In this document: positions 19,554-31,000 of the stretch, one piece after another | Layout of the letters: each line of letters starts with the position of its first letter | Position numbering within the stretch: the stretch's first letter is position 1 | From: Desulfocapsa sulfexigens DSM 10523 | GTDB taxonomy: Bacteria; Desulfobacterota; Desulfobulbia; Desulfobulbales; Desulfocapsaceae | Direction: 5' to 3' | Length of the DNA stretch: 32,000 bases | NCBI RefSeq assembly: GCF_000341395.1 | Contig: NC_020304.1 | Location: forward strand, 1,560,001 to 1,592,000 | Made by a program: the position numbers and the translations under genes | The notes under the pieces: generated by a model | Databases searched by the model: none | The model's input: only the letters and a program-made list of their open reading frames with translations | What the model was told of the DNA's origin: nothing

Positions 19554-22133
19554 ATGATTATAGAATTGATAAAGCCCCTTTCTCTGCTTTTGTCTTTAGC
19601 ACTGTTATTGGCATTTGTTTTTTATTTTTTTCAAAGACAGAGTGTCACTGCAAAGATTCTGTCTGGCATCCTTTACGGTACTATGGCCGTACTGGCAATG
19701 AATATGCCGTTCAAATTTACCCCTGGAGTAATTTTTGATTCCCGCTCGGTCATTGTCAGTTTAGGTGGTTTTTTTGGAGGACCAATAGCCGCCATCGTAA
19801 CAGCAGTAATTGCTGCACCGTATCGATATTTTCTTGGTGGGTCTGGAGCCCTTGCCGGAGCTTTAGTTGTGGTTCTCTGTGCAGCATCCGGCATATGTTG
19901 GCACTCTCTGCAACACCGTTACAATTTTAAAACCAGAGTATGGCATCTTTTTGTTTTTGGGCTTCTCAGTCATTTTGTAGCAATGTTTGGAATGTTAGCT
20001 CTGCCAAGTGATTTGATCTGGGACGTTACAAAGAATCTAGCAATGCCGTTTTTTTTTATATACCCGGCAGTAACGGTGGTATTGGGGATCATTATTCAAA
20101 GCATCTATCTCTTTTTTGAAAGAGATGAAGAGTTAGTGAAAACCCAAAAAAAATTAGAGAAGCAAAGTGATGTTCTCCAAGAAAGAGTTGATGAACTCAT
20201 TCGTGCGGAGAAGCAGATAGGTGAGGATAAAGTAAAATTACGGCGATTTGAAAGCATTGTTGCCAATTCGAGTGACTTTATGGCCCTCGTCGACAAAAAT
20301 TTTATTTATCTAGCCGTTAATGATACCTATGCCAGGAGTTCTGGTAAATCAAAAGATGAGTTGGTTGGAGTAAGGGTCGAGGATGTTTTTGGTACTAAGA
20401 TTTTTCAAACCGTTATTAAGCCACATGCTGAAAAATGCCTATCAGGTGAAGCAGTGTATTATGAAGGATGGTTTGAGTTTGAAAACTTTGGCAGGAGGTA
20501 CATTGGTGTTGCCTATAACCCATATATGGGGGAAGAGGGGGAAATAGAAGGTTTTACTGTTGTTTCGAGAGATATTACTCAGAGAAAGGAGGTTGAAGAT
20601 GCTTTATTGGCAAGTGAGAAACGCTTTCAAGATCTTGTCGAGAACTCAACAGACTGGATTTGGGAATTTGATGAAAATGAAATTTTCACCTATACGAGTC
20701 CACGTATCAAAGACCTTTTAGGATATACGCCTGAAGAAATTCTAGGGCAATCTGCTTTTTATCCCATGTCTTCTCAAGAAAGTGAAAGAGTTTTCAATGA
20801 ATTCATTACGTTTAAAAAGGCAAGAAAGCCATTTTTCTCTCTAATAAATATTAACCAACATAAAAATGGTGAAAAAGTTATTTTGGAATCAAGTGGTGTG
20901 CCGTTTTTTGACAATACAGGAGCGTTTCGTGGATATCGAGGTATAGATCGAGATATTACAGAGAGAACAAATTTGGAGGAACAAATCCGCCAATCCCATA
21001 AAATGGAAGCCATCGGAACGCTTGCTGGTGGCATTGCACATGATTTTAATAATATTTTGTCAGCAATTCTGGGATATGCAGAAATGGCTATGTATGACCT
21101 ACCTGATTCTAGTCCTGCAAAGGATCAGATTGCTGAAGTTTTAAAGGCTGGTAACCGTGCTAAAGATCTTGTAAAACATATTTTATCATTTAGTCGCAAG
21201 GAATCTATGGAGCGATCTCCTGTAGAAATTCATCTTATAGTAAAAGAGGTTATTAAACTTCTCCGATCAACAATCCCTACTACCATCGAAATTAAACATC
21301 ATATTGATCCTCACTGCGGAAACATTCTGGCGGAGCCAAATCAAATCCACCAAGTTCTGCTGAATCTCTGTACCAATGCCTCCCAATCTATGGCTGAGAA
21401 GGGTGGTGTCTTAGAGGTCGGGCTGATTTCTTCTCAGCTTAGTGTGAATGATCTGCCAGCAGAGTCACACCTGAAACCTGGTTACTATGTGCAGCTTTCA
21501 GTCAAGGATAATGGCATAGGTATTGAGCAAAAATATCTTGAGAAAATTTTCGATCCATACTTCACGACTAAAGAGGTTGGTAAAGGGTCCGGTATGGGGT
21601 TAGCCGTAGTAATGGGAATTGTTAAGAGCCATGATGGAATGATTACGGTTGACAGCAAACTTGGTGAAGGAACGATTTTTAATGTGTATTTCCCGAAAAT
21701 TGAAGAACAAGTTCAGGGAGAAATTGAAGATGACGTCCCCATTCCTACTGGTTCAGAAACAATTCTTGTTGTAGATGATGAGGAAAGCATTGCTGACTTG
21801 ACTAAACAGAGGGCCGAATATCTTGGCTATCGTGTATTTGCTAAAAAAAGCAGCGTGGAAGCTCTTGAATTGTTTCGCTCTCAACCCGATGCATTCGATA
21901 TCGTTATTACCGATCAGACAATGCCCGTCCTGACGGGGGAACATTTGGCACAAAGAATAAAGGAGATTAGAATGGATATCCCGATTGTTCTCTGTACCGG
22001 GTACAGTCCAGAAATAGATACGGAACAAGCCAAATTGGCTGGTATCAGTGCCTTCCTTATGAAGCCAGTTGATATGAGGGAATTTGCCCAAACGATCAGA
22101 CAAGTGTTGGATAAAGATATTTCAAGCACCTGA
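19554..22133 (+). CDS. Hybrid histidine kinase: 5TM-5TMR_LYT type membrane domain, two PAS, HisKA-HATPase, REC
   Basis: RQSVTAKILSGILYGTMAVLAMNMPFKFTPGVIFDSRSVIVSLGGFFGGPIAAIVTA; GTLAGGIAHDFNNILSAILGYAEMA; GSGMGLAVVMGIV; ILVVDDEESI...DIVITDQTMP. Confidence 0.95.
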   Translation: MIIELIKPLSLLLSLALLLAFVFYFFQRQSVTAKILSGILYGTMAVLAMNMPFKFTPGVIFDSRSVIVSLGGFFGGPIAAIVTAVIAAPYRYFLGGSGALAGALVVVLCAASGICWHSLQHRYNFKTRVWHLFVFGLLSHFVAMFGMLALPSDLIWDVTKNLAMPFFFIYPAVTVVLGIIIQSIYLFFERDEELVKTQKKLEKQSDVLQERVDELIRAEKQIGEDKVKLRRFESIVANSSDFMALVDKNFIYLAVNDTYARSSGKSKDELVGVRVEDVFGTKIFQTVIKPHAEKCLSGEAVYYEGWFEFENFGRRYIGVAYNPYMGEEGEIEGFTVVSRDITQRKEVEDALLASEKRFQDLVENSTDWIWEFDENEIFTYTSPRIKDLLGYTPEEILGQSAFYPMSSQESERVFNEFITFKKARKPFFSLININQHKNGEKVILESSGVPFFDNTGAFRGYRGIDRDITERTNLEEQIRQSHKMEAIGTLAGGIAHDFNNILSAILGYAEMAMYDLPDSSPAKDQIAEVLKAGNRAKDLVKHILSFSRKESMERSPVEIHLIVKEVIKLLRSTIPTTIEIKHHIDPHCGNILAEPNQIHQVLLNLCTNASQSMAEKGGVLEVGLISSQLSVNDLPAESHLKPGYYVQLSVKDNGIGIEQKYLEKIFDPYFTTKEVGKGSGMGLAVVMGIVKSHDGMITVDSKLGEGTIFNVYFPKIEEQVQGEIEDDVPIPTGSETILVVDDEESIADLTKQRAEYLGYRVFAKKSSVEALELFRSQPDAFDIVITDQTMPVLTGEHLAQRIKEIRMDIPIVLCTGYSPEIDTEQAKLAGISAFLMKPVDMREFAQTIRQVLDKDISST

Positions 22134-22149
22134 AGAGGTATGATCAAAC

Positions 22150-22179
22150 CCGTGATAATAGGCGACGCATCACGGTTTT
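22150..22179 (+). terminator. Possible terminator after hybrid kinase
   Basis: CCGTGAT / ATCACGG 7-bp stem, 12-nt loop, TTTT. Confidence 0.35.
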
Positions 22180-22425
22180 CCACTGTTTGGCTATGGAAAC
22201 TATTAGTGGAAATCATTACACACACTATATAATCTCCATGGAACAAGACACTCAGAGTCTTGCTATGTAATTAAAAAAATCATTAAAATTAGATTTTCAG
22301 AATACCAATTCGTTCAGATTGCCAAACCGAATCTCTCTGTTTTACAATAACTCATACAATGAGTTTGCCATGATTTGGTGTGATTAGGAAGGCTATGAAT
22401 TTTTCATATTTAATTATTTCGGGAG

Positions 22426-24786
22426 ATGATTTGTATGCCGGCCCCTCCATCCTGTGATGCACTATTACAAAAAATAGCTGGCCTGGAGGCTCAGAATCGC
22501 ACACTTTCTCTCTTTAAGGCCTCCTTACATGCTGCAAGAGAAAGCATGGCACTGCTGAATATTGAAGGTAAGTTTGTTGCGGTCAATGAATCTTTTGCTG
22601 CTGGCTTGGGATACAGCCGGGAAGAGCTGCTGGGAATGGAGGCAGTAAAACTAAAGCCGAAGAGACTTCAAGCTGAATTCAAACAAGGTTTTGCCCTCAT
22701 AAAAGAGCAGGGACATTTTTCTCTGGCGACAACTTATCTTCAAAAGGATGGTACGCCCATTGCTTGCGAAATGTCTGCCACCTTAGTGCAATTCGGTAAA
22801 GAATCTGTGATCCATGTAGTTGTCAAGGATGCCACAAAAAGGAACGGAAGGGAATGTCTCCAGCGCCGCTTTGAGAACATTCTTTCATTATCTAAAGATC
22901 TCATAGCCTATGTTGATACTGATTATATCTATCAGTTTGTTAATGAACATTTTTGTCAGAGTCAGGGCAAGCAGCAGGATCAAATTATCGGAAGCTCTAT
23001 CGCCGAGATAGTTGGGGAGGAACCATTTTTACAAATCATTCAACCACAAATTGATCACTGTTTGGGTGGTAATATTGTTCGTTATCAGGATTGGATTACA
23101 TGTAAATCTTCAGGAAGGCGTTTTAAGGCTGTTACGTATTACCCGGACCGGACTGTCCATGGACACATCCAAGGTGTCTTTGCTATTATCCACGATTTGA
23201 CGGATTCTAAACTTGTCCAGGAAGTAAAAGACGCCGAACAGGCCTTGTTGTCACATGTTCTAGACAGCATAGGAGGTGGCGTATATCTGGTCAGCAGGGA
23301 TCATGCCATCCTGTATAGTAATTCACATCTGGAAAAAACGCGTGGCCCCGTCAATAACCGAAATTGCTATGAATATATATTTAACCGTAAAGCCCCCTGC
23401 CCCTGGTGCAAAAATTCTCTTCTTTTTTCCAACGAAGAACCAATACACTGGTTACACCAAGATAACAAAACTGATCGAGTGTACGATGTTTTTGAGTCCA
23501 TGGTTGAACTTCCAAAGGGCGGTAAGGCTAAAATTACTTTTTTTCACGACGTCAGTACGAGTAAAAGAGCGCAGGAAGAACTGCTTTCACACAACATGCT
23601 CTTATCTGCTCTTGTCGAGAACACAACCTCAATAATTTATGTCAAAGATCTAGAGGGCAGGTATCTGTTTGCCAATAAACGCTTCGAAGAGCTCTTTAAC
23701 TCTTTTGGCTCAATAGCAGGAAAAACGGATTTTGATTGTTTTCCCAAAAAAGACGCAGAACAATTTTTGGAAAACGATAAGGAAGTAGTTGCTACTGGAG
23801 AGGTGTGCTCTTTTGAAGAAACATTATTTTATGAGGGTGTCGAGCGCACATATATTTCAGTTAAATTCCCCATCGTTGATAGTGAAGGTGTTTGCTATGC
23901 AGTTGGAGGAATTACTACTGATATTACCATTCAAAAATCGATTGAACAGGTATTGGCAGATAAAAACGAACAGCTACTCAGTCTGATTAACGCAACGCCC
24001 GATAGTATTTGTTTCAAGGATGGAAAAGGACGATGGCTGCTGGCCAACGAGGCAAACCTCAAGTTATTCGAACTGATAGATGTCAATTATGTGGGAAAAA
24101 CCGATGCTCAGTTAAGCCGGTACAGCGATTTTTACCGTGATGCCTTTTTAACATGCCAGGATACAGATGAGCTTGCCTGGAAACAAAAAGTATTGTTACA
24201 CGGCATAGAAAAAATACCAATGTCGGACGGTAGAGTGAAAATATTTGATGTTATAAAGGTACCACTCTTTCATCAGGACGGTTCACGTAAAGGGCTGCTG
24301 GTAATTGGTCGTGATATCAGCGAACTTATTGACTCTATAGAAGAAATCCGGGTAAAAAGCAAAGAAGTCCAGGAGGCCAATATTGCACTCCGTGTCCTTG
24401 TGGATCAGCAAAAAAATATTGTTGAACAGACAGGACAAAACTTGTTGGCAAATCTCAGACATACGGTGTTGCCGTACGTGGAGCTTCTCAGCCGAACAGA
24501 CCTGGATGATATCAGCCGGGAATATTTGCAATTAATAACTGTTCATCTCCAGGAAATCACGAATTCTTTCGTAAAAACACTCGGTGACCCCAGTATCGGC
24601 CTCAGTCCAAAAGAGTTGTTGGTTGCAGACCTTGTAAAACAAGGGAAAAGCTCTGCTGATATCAGCAGGTTGCTTGGACTGACCCAGCGAACTGTTGAAG
24701 TGTATCGAAATATTATTAGGAAAAAGTTAAGAATCAGCGGAAAAAAAATTAACCTTCAGAGGTATTTAAATGAAAAATTCTCTTAA
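22426..24786 (+). CDS. Multi-PAS transcriptional regulator with C-terminal LuxR-type HTH
   Basis: Several PAS segments including RNCYEYIFNRKAPCPWC; C-terminus LSPKELLVADLVKQGKSSADISRLLGLTQRTVEVYRNIIRKKLRI. Confidence 0.9.
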   Translation: MICMPAPPSCDALLQKIAGLEAQNRTLSLFKASLHAARESMALLNIEGKFVAVNESFAAGLGYSREELLGMEAVKLKPKRLQAEFKQGFALIKEQGHFSLATTYLQKDGTPIACEMSATLVQFGKESVIHVVVKDATKRNGRECLQRRFENILSLSKDLIAYVDTDYIYQFVNEHFCQSQGKQQDQIIGSSIAEIVGEEPFLQIIQPQIDHCLGGNIVRYQDWITCKSSGRRFKAVTYYPDRTVHGHIQGVFAIIHDLTDSKLVQEVKDAEQALLSHVLDSIGGGVYLVSRDHAILYSNSHLEKTRGPVNNRNCYEYIFNRKAPCPWCKNSLLFSNEEPIHWLHQDNKTDRVYDVFESMVELPKGGKAKITFFHDVSTSKRAQEELLSHNMLLSALVENTTSIIYVKDLEGRYLFANKRFEELFNSFGSIAGKTDFDCFPKKDAEQFLENDKEVVATGEVCSFEETLFYEGVERTYISVKFPIVDSEGVCYAVGGITTDITIQKSIEQVLADKNEQLLSLINATPDSICFKDGKGRWLLANEANLKLFELIDVNYVGKTDAQLSRYSDFYRDAFLTCQDTDELAWKQKVLLHGIEKIPMSDGRVKIFDVIKVPLFHQDGSRKGLLVIGRDISELIDSIEEIRVKSKEVQEANIALRVLVDQQKNIVEQTGQNLLANLRHTVLPYVELLSRTDLDDISREYLQLITVHLQEITNSFVKTLGDPSIGLSPKELLVADLVKQGKSSADISRLLGLTQRTVEVYRNIIRKKLRISGKKINLQRYLNEKFS

Positions 24787-24835
24787 GAAATTTGTCGGTG
24801 ACGGTTCTAATATAACGTAAAGATATTGTTTTTTT

Positions 24836-24860
24836 CCTCCCTCCCTCCCCCCCACACACA
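24836..24860. repeat. CCCT-type tract followed by AC repeat (G-rich on minus strand)
   Basis: CCTCCCTCCCTCCCCCCCACACACA read directly; minus strand has four or more GGG runs with 1-nt loops possible. Confidence 0.8.
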
Positions 24861-25031
24861 AAACCTCAACATATACCCCTGCATTTTTGCTGTATTGTAC
24901 CTGTGTTGACAGCCATCTTAGTTTTCATCTAGAATGATAGTTAATATTATCAATTGTCAGTATTAATTGACAGTGTGAATATTTAAACCCAACGACTGCT
25001 GGGAAAATGTTCAATTGCCCGAAAGAATACG

Positions 25032-26522
25032 ATGCAAACTGTCATTTCTATTGGTCCTTTTTTTACGGAGAAAATAGTGCAGGAAACATTAATTGGCTTC
25101 GGTCTTATTGGATTTGTTTTTGGGCTTGTTTCTTTTTTCAATTCACGCCGCATGGTAACGCAGGTGAGGACTGTGACCCAAAACACTAAGGCTCTCGCAA
25201 AGGGAAATTTAACTCAGGATAGCTTACAGGCTAACCAGGGAAAACATTCACCTCTTAAAATAGCCTTCACTGAACTCTGTGGAAGCTGGGGGCAAACGTT
25301 TCGCAATGTGCAGGGCAATATATCCACTTTAGGTGCGACTTCTGGAGTAATGAGTAGCGCATCCGATGAATTAACCGACAGTACCAAAGAATTGTATGAA
25401 CTCACAGACAGCGTCGCTGTGGCTGCTGAAGAAATGAGTTCCAATATGAATGCTGTTGCTGCTTCAATGGAGCAATCAAATACGAATGTTTCCATGGTTG
25501 CAGCAGCAACTGAAGAAATGACTTCAACGATAAACGAAATTGCTGATAACTCGGGCAGGGCACGTTCGATCACCCAAGAGGCTGTTATAGAGGCGGAGAA
25601 GGCATCGTTGAGTGTTGGACAACTCAGTCAAGCTAGCCAGGAAATAAACAAGGTCACAACTGCAATAGAGGAAATTTCCAAACAGACCAATTTGCTCGCC
25701 CTCAACGCAACCATTGAAGCAGCACGGGCAGGTGAAGCAGGTAAGGGCTTTGCAGTGGTCGCCAACGAAATAAAAGATCTCGCTAAACAGACCCATGAAT
25801 CAACGCAGGACATCAAAAAACAGATTGACGGGATACAGCAAACGACAATGGAGGCAGTGAGGCGTATCAGCACGATTTCGCAAACGATTATATCTGTGAG
25901 CGATTTAGTGCAAACAATTGCGATATCTGTTGAACAGCAGGCAACTGCAAGTGTTGAAATTTCAACTAATATTTCTCAGGCGTCCATAGGTATGCAGGAG
26001 ATCAGTGAAAACATTTCTCAAGCCTCGGTGGTTAATCAACAAGTAACAAAAGATATCGTTACTGTAAAAGACACCACTGATCAGATTACCAATCGCTGCC
26101 TGGAGGTGAAGGCATATGCGCATGAGCTCAATGAGTTGTCTCACACAATGAGTGACTCTGTCGGCCATATTGATATTGGCCCACCGCTTTTTGATATCGG
26201 TCTCATAAAAACAGCCCACCTCAACTGGAAGATTCAGCTTGAAGCAGTTCTGGAGGGACGGAAAACTATGCATGTCGACCAGGTAAGCGATCACCATAAC
26301 TGCGCATTAGGGCAATGGTATGATACAATTCAGGGGGAATTTACTACAAGCCCACTTTTCAAAAAGATTGAATCCCCTCACAAAGCGGTACATGCCACTG
26401 CCAAGGAAATCGTCAGTCTTTACAACCAGAAAAAAACAAAAGCAGCCCAGGCAAAACTGGAGAATTTTGAAGCAGCCAGGAAAGAGCTTTTCAGATTACT
26501 TGATGAACTGTATCTCTCTTGA
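25032..26522 (+). CDS. Methyl-accepting chemotaxis protein with C-terminal CZB (chemoreceptor zinc-binding) domain
   Basis: Signalling tip [34 protein letters not shown]; CZB signature [11 protein letters not shown]...[13 protein letters not shown]; single N-terminal TM segment. Confidence 0.93.
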   Translation: MQTVISIGPFFTEKIVQETLIGFGLIGFVFGLVSFFNSRRMVTQVRTVTQNTKALAKGNLTQDSLQANQGKHSPLKIAFTELCGSWGQTFRNVQGNISTLGATSGVMSSASDELTDSTKELYELTDSVAVAAEEMSSNMNAVAASMEQSNTNVSMVAAATEEMTSTINEIADNSGRARSITQEAVIEAEKASLSVGQLSQASQEINKVTTAIEEISKQTNLLALNATIEAARAGEAGKGFAVVANEIKDLAKQTHESTQDIKKQIDGIQQTTMEAVRRISTISQTIISVSDLVQTIAISVEQQATASVEISTNISQASIGMQEISENISQASVVNQQVTKDIVTVKDTTDQITNRCLEVKAYAHELNELSHTMSDSVGHIDIGPPLFDIGLIKTAHLNWKIQLEAVLEGRKTMHVDQVSDHHNCALGQWYDTIQGEFTTSPLFKKIESPHKAVHATAKEIVSLYNQKKTKAAQAKLENFEAARKELFRLLDELYLS

Positions 26523-26930
26523 TAGGATTCATTAATAATGGGTATGGAGTCATGAACATCAAACACAAAGAACTGGTGGCGTAGGCGTTAGCACATATAG
26601 CAAAGATATCATCCTCCCAAGGAGCTTTGTGATTTTATTGAAACAGCTGAAACTTATTTGTTCGTCAAACCTGAACTATGGTGTATGAATGAATTGTGCG
26701 TATCTCTACAAACTCAACGATGATGATGTTTCGCTATGTTATTGTGAGCTCAGGAGAAAACTATTCGAGTGATATGATTTTTAGATCTTTTGGCCCACCA
26801 TTATCTCGATAACGGTTTCCTCTCGAGTTTACATCCTAAGCCAGACATACTGTCGGTCAGTGTGTTGTAGACATGGCGATGGTTTTGCAATATTCGATAA
26901 CTTTTTTCTCAATCAGTAAGTTGTGCGGGC

Positions 26931-27410
26931 TTGGATGCCACCATTGAGGCTGCCAGGGCTGGAGAGGCCGGAAAGGGTTTTTCGGTGGTAGCCAATGAAA
27001 TCAAAGAACTGGCCAAGCAGACAGCGGCTGCAACCGGTGAGATTTCCGCAAAGGTTCATTCGATCCAGGGTTCCACCAATCCCACGGTTAAACAGATCCA
27101 GCAGATTACTCAGGTCATTGGGGAGGTTAGTGCAGTTGTCGCTTCCATTGTTACTGCTGTTGAGGAAAAATCAACAACAACCACAGAGATAGCGGAGAGT
27201 ATCAGTCAAGCCTCGATTGGTATCCAGGAAGTGACTGAAAATGTTGCTCAGGTATCAATTATTGCTGGTGATGTGGCCCAGGATATCGCCGAAGTCAACC
27301 AGGCATCCGAATCCATCTCTCAAGGGAGTAGTGATGTAAAGGTAAAATCTGGAGAACTTAGTTCTCTTGCAACACAACTGCAAGGACTGGTCAGCCGCTT
27401 TTGCTTGTGA
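26931..27410 (+). pseudogene. C-terminal piece of a methyl-accepting chemotaxis protein
   Basis: Begins inside the signalling hairpin ([37 protein letters not shown]); no sensory domain, TM or first half of signalling hairpin upstream. Confidence 0.8.
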
Positions 27411-27523
27411 TTGAAAGAGATCAGCTGAAGGACTTAGTCCCGCACGGATATGCGGAGGAGGATGAGAGAAAACTGGATACTCGTGATGTTAATTACAAAC
27501 AACGCAAAAAAGGATTGGTTACA

Positions 27524-27943
27524 ATGAGTCAGATAAAATGGAGCGATTCAATGAGTGTCAACAATGCTGTACTTGATGCCCAGCATAAAGAATGGATCGC
27601 AATTTATAATAGAATGGACAACATCCTCCTTCATGGAGAGCTTGGTCAACTGGACAATGCTGTTATTGATGCTTTTAAGGCGATGCAGGAATATGCCAGT
27701 TATCACTTCCGGCAGGAAGAAGAGTATATGGAAGAGATTGGTTACCCTGACCGGGTGATGCACAAGAGGATGCATACAGATTTTGACGATCAGCTCTATA
27801 ATTATAGCAAAGAGATTCGGAGGGGGGATTTGGTTTTAGGCACCGAGGTGATGAGCATCCTCAAAAACTGGCTGTTGAACCATATTATGCGTGAAGACCA
27901 GCAATATTGTGTCTTTTTGACTCAGAAGGAAGCCGATGCTTAA
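27524..27943 (+). CDS. Bacteriohemerythrin (frame remains open upstream to 27401)
   Basis: IKWSDSMSVNNAVLDAQHKEWIAIYNRMD...YASYHFRQEEEYMEEIGYPDRVMHKRMHTDF...LKNWLLNHIMREDQQY: H, HxxxE, HxxxH and HxxxxD ligand pattern. Confidence 0.92.
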   Translation: MSQIKWSDSMSVNNAVLDAQHKEWIAIYNRMDNILLHGELGQLDNAVIDAFKAMQEYASYHFRQEEEYMEEIGYPDRVMHKRMHTDFDDQLYNYSKEIRRGDLVLGTEVMSILKNWLLNHIMREDQQYCVFLTQKEADA

Positions 27944-28021
27944 AGATTTATGTTCTTTACAAAGTGATTCTTTAATTTTCTCGTTACCCCTTTCTAACAT
28001 AAAACTTCATGACATTTTTAC

Positions 28022-31000
28022 TTGCCGATCAAAAATAAGCAAATCATGGCTGAGAGCACCCCGATACAGAAGTGTAAAGAGAAAAAAATCCCGGAAAGAA
28101 GCCTGCGTCTTCTTATGGGCAGGCTCAAGATCGATCAAAATCGATACGGGATCAAAAAGAAATTAATTTTCGTTATCTGCCTGTTCCTGACGGTCCTGCT
28201 TGGGCTGATTGCTCTTTTTACCTCTTATTATTTCAGGCAGGCCACCCGTACCCTGCTCCTGGAGCAGCAAACTCTTCTTGTGTCAACCATGGCTCACGAA
28301 TTGGATGAGTATATTACCTCAACTCAGGATGTGCTGGTACAGTTCTCAAAGAAATTCTCCCCGACTGTTTTTGCAGACCCTCAGGCTGATAGGAATTTTT
28401 TGGAGAATCATGACTTACAAAAAAAGCTTTTTTCATACGGTTTGTTTCTGCTTGATGACCAGGGAACCCCCGTTTTTTTCAATGGTAAGATATCTTATGT
28501 GGCGGGGCCTGAATTTTTCAGCGACATTTTCAGCGCAACCCGTAAAAGTAATAAACCGTGCATCTTTATGCCAAAACTGTGCCCTGTAACTCAGCATCCC
28601 ATCGTCATAATGACCGCTCTTTTCTACGATAAGAACGGAAAGGTCAAAGGAGTGGTGGGCGGTGTGATAGATCTGCTGGGCGAGCAGAATGTTTTTAGCA
28701 ATCTGTTAACTATGAAAATTGGAAAAACGGGTTATCCTTACCTGTTTGCGCCGGATCGAACCATGATCCTGCATCCTGTTGCATCCCGCATCATGAAAAA
28801 AGATGTTGAACCTGGGAAAAACATACTGTTTGACCGGGCTCTTACCGGGTTTGAGGGAGCGGGGGAAACCGTGAACTCCAGAGGACTGCATACATTCGTC
28901 GCCTTCAAACATCTCGAGAGTACCGGCTGGATATTGGCGATCAATTATCCCGTTGCCGATGCTTTCTCATCTATCCGGTCGTATTTTGTTTATTTCCTTG
29001 TGGGAATGATCACGATTTTGCTCTTGAGCACCCTGCTGGCCCTTAGAATTGCTGATAAAATTATCAAGCCGCTACTTGAACTCACGGCTCAAGCAGAGAA
29101 GATCAGTCGTATCACACAACACAGTACACTTACCACAGATTTAACTCTTTTTCAGCAGTACAGCGGTGAAATAGGCACGCTGGCAACAGCTTTCAATACA
29201 ATGTTGCAGCAGTTACAGCAGCGAATGTCCGAGTTTGAGCTAAATCTGCAGGTGGTTTTTGATCACACGGATAAAGGTATTATCATTCATGACCAAGAGG
29301 GCAGGATCCTGGCAGCGAACCTTCCAGCCCAACATCTCTTTGACTGTGACGAGTCTACGATGTCTTCTCTGACAGTGCTGGATCTGTCTGCTGAAAGCGT
29401 TGACAAACATGCTGCTTTATCTCAGATAATACAACGAATTCAGGACGGAGAAACCCTTATTCTCCCCTGGCGTTGCCAAAGATTGGCCGATAGAAGTAAA
29501 TTTGATGCCGAAATATATTATACTCCTATCATCTGGAATAATGAGCCCGTTTTAATGGGGATGATTGAGGACATAACCGAGAAAAAGGAACAAAATGCCC
29601 TGATCCATCGTCTTTCTACTGCTCTTGAGCAGAGTGCCAATGTCATCGTTATTACTGACAGAGATGGTGTAATTGAATATGTCAATCCCAGTATGGAGGA
29701 GATAACTGGTTACAGTGTTGCTGAGGTCATTGGTAAAACACCACGAATACTCAAGTCAGGGACACACCCACCTGAATTCTATGAGGAACTTTGGGCAACA
29801 ATTAAAGCCGGAAAATCCTGGCGAGGCGAGATCTGCAACAAACATAAAGACGGCCATTTCATCTGGGAGAGTACTGTCATTACCCCTATTATTGAAAATC
29901 AAAAAATCACTCACTTTGTAGCGATAAAAGAAGATATAAGCCAGCGCAAGATTCATGAACAGGAACTCTATCGTCAAGCTAATTATGACAAACTGACCGG
30001 GCTTCCCAATCGTAATCTTCTCAATACATATTTTAATGATATCATGGCTGATTTCACGACGGGCTCCGAGAAACTTGTCCTTATGCTGATGGATCTGGAT
30101 GATTTTAAAACTGTTAATGATTCACTGGGGCACTCCGTTGGCGACTCCCTCCTGCAAGCTGTAGGCGAGCGGTTAAAAGACTGTATATACCAAGAGGATA
30201 TGCTTGTCAGAATGGGGGGAGATGAATTTGTCATAGTTCCACGGCATATATGTACCAATGACCATATAGAGGCCATGGCGTCCCATGTTCTGGATAGTTT
30301 TATTGCACCGTTTGATCTCCAGGAGCAGGAAGTATTTATCACGGCCAGTATAGGGATAGCTGTATTTCCCGAGGATGGGGAAACATTGGAGGAACTCTTG
30401 CGCAATGTTGATTCCGCCATGTATCAGTCCAAAAACAAGGGACGCAATACTGTGGAGCGCTACAGTGGGCGGTTAAGCGAGGCTTTAAACGAAAAGCTGC
30501 GCTTAACAGCTATGCTGCGACGTGCCCTGGAACAGAAGGAATACCTTCTGTACTACCAGCCACAGCAGGAGCTGGCAACGGGCAAGGTAGAGTGTTTTGA
30601 AGCATTATTACGTTGGCAGCCACAAAGTGAGGCGATGATTTTTCCCGATAAATTTATTCCTATTCTTGAAGAAACGGGCATGATCGTGTCTGTGGGAGAA
30701 TGGGTGCTACGGGAGGTGTGTTTCCAGGTGACGTGTTGGCAAACAAAAGGTATTGCCATTCAACATGCCTCGGTGAATGTTTCACTCAGACAGTTTCAGC
30801 GGCCTGATATCGTAAAAGAGTTGCTCTCTATTGTCACTGAGAGCGGCGTTGATCCTTCTATTATCTGTCTTGAGCTTACAGAGAGCATAATGATGGATAA
30901 TTTCAGAGAAAACCTGCATAAATTGCAAGCATTACGAACGGCTGGGTTTTCTGTTTCTATTGACGATTTTGGCACAGGTTACTCGTCTTTAAATTATCTG

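Noticed and set aside
24930-24980. AT-rich repeats (TCAATTGTCAG / TTAATTGACAG) before the MCP gene
   Set aside because: Only short partial symmetry (5-6 bp arms); not distinguishable from chance in AT-rich intergenic DNA.
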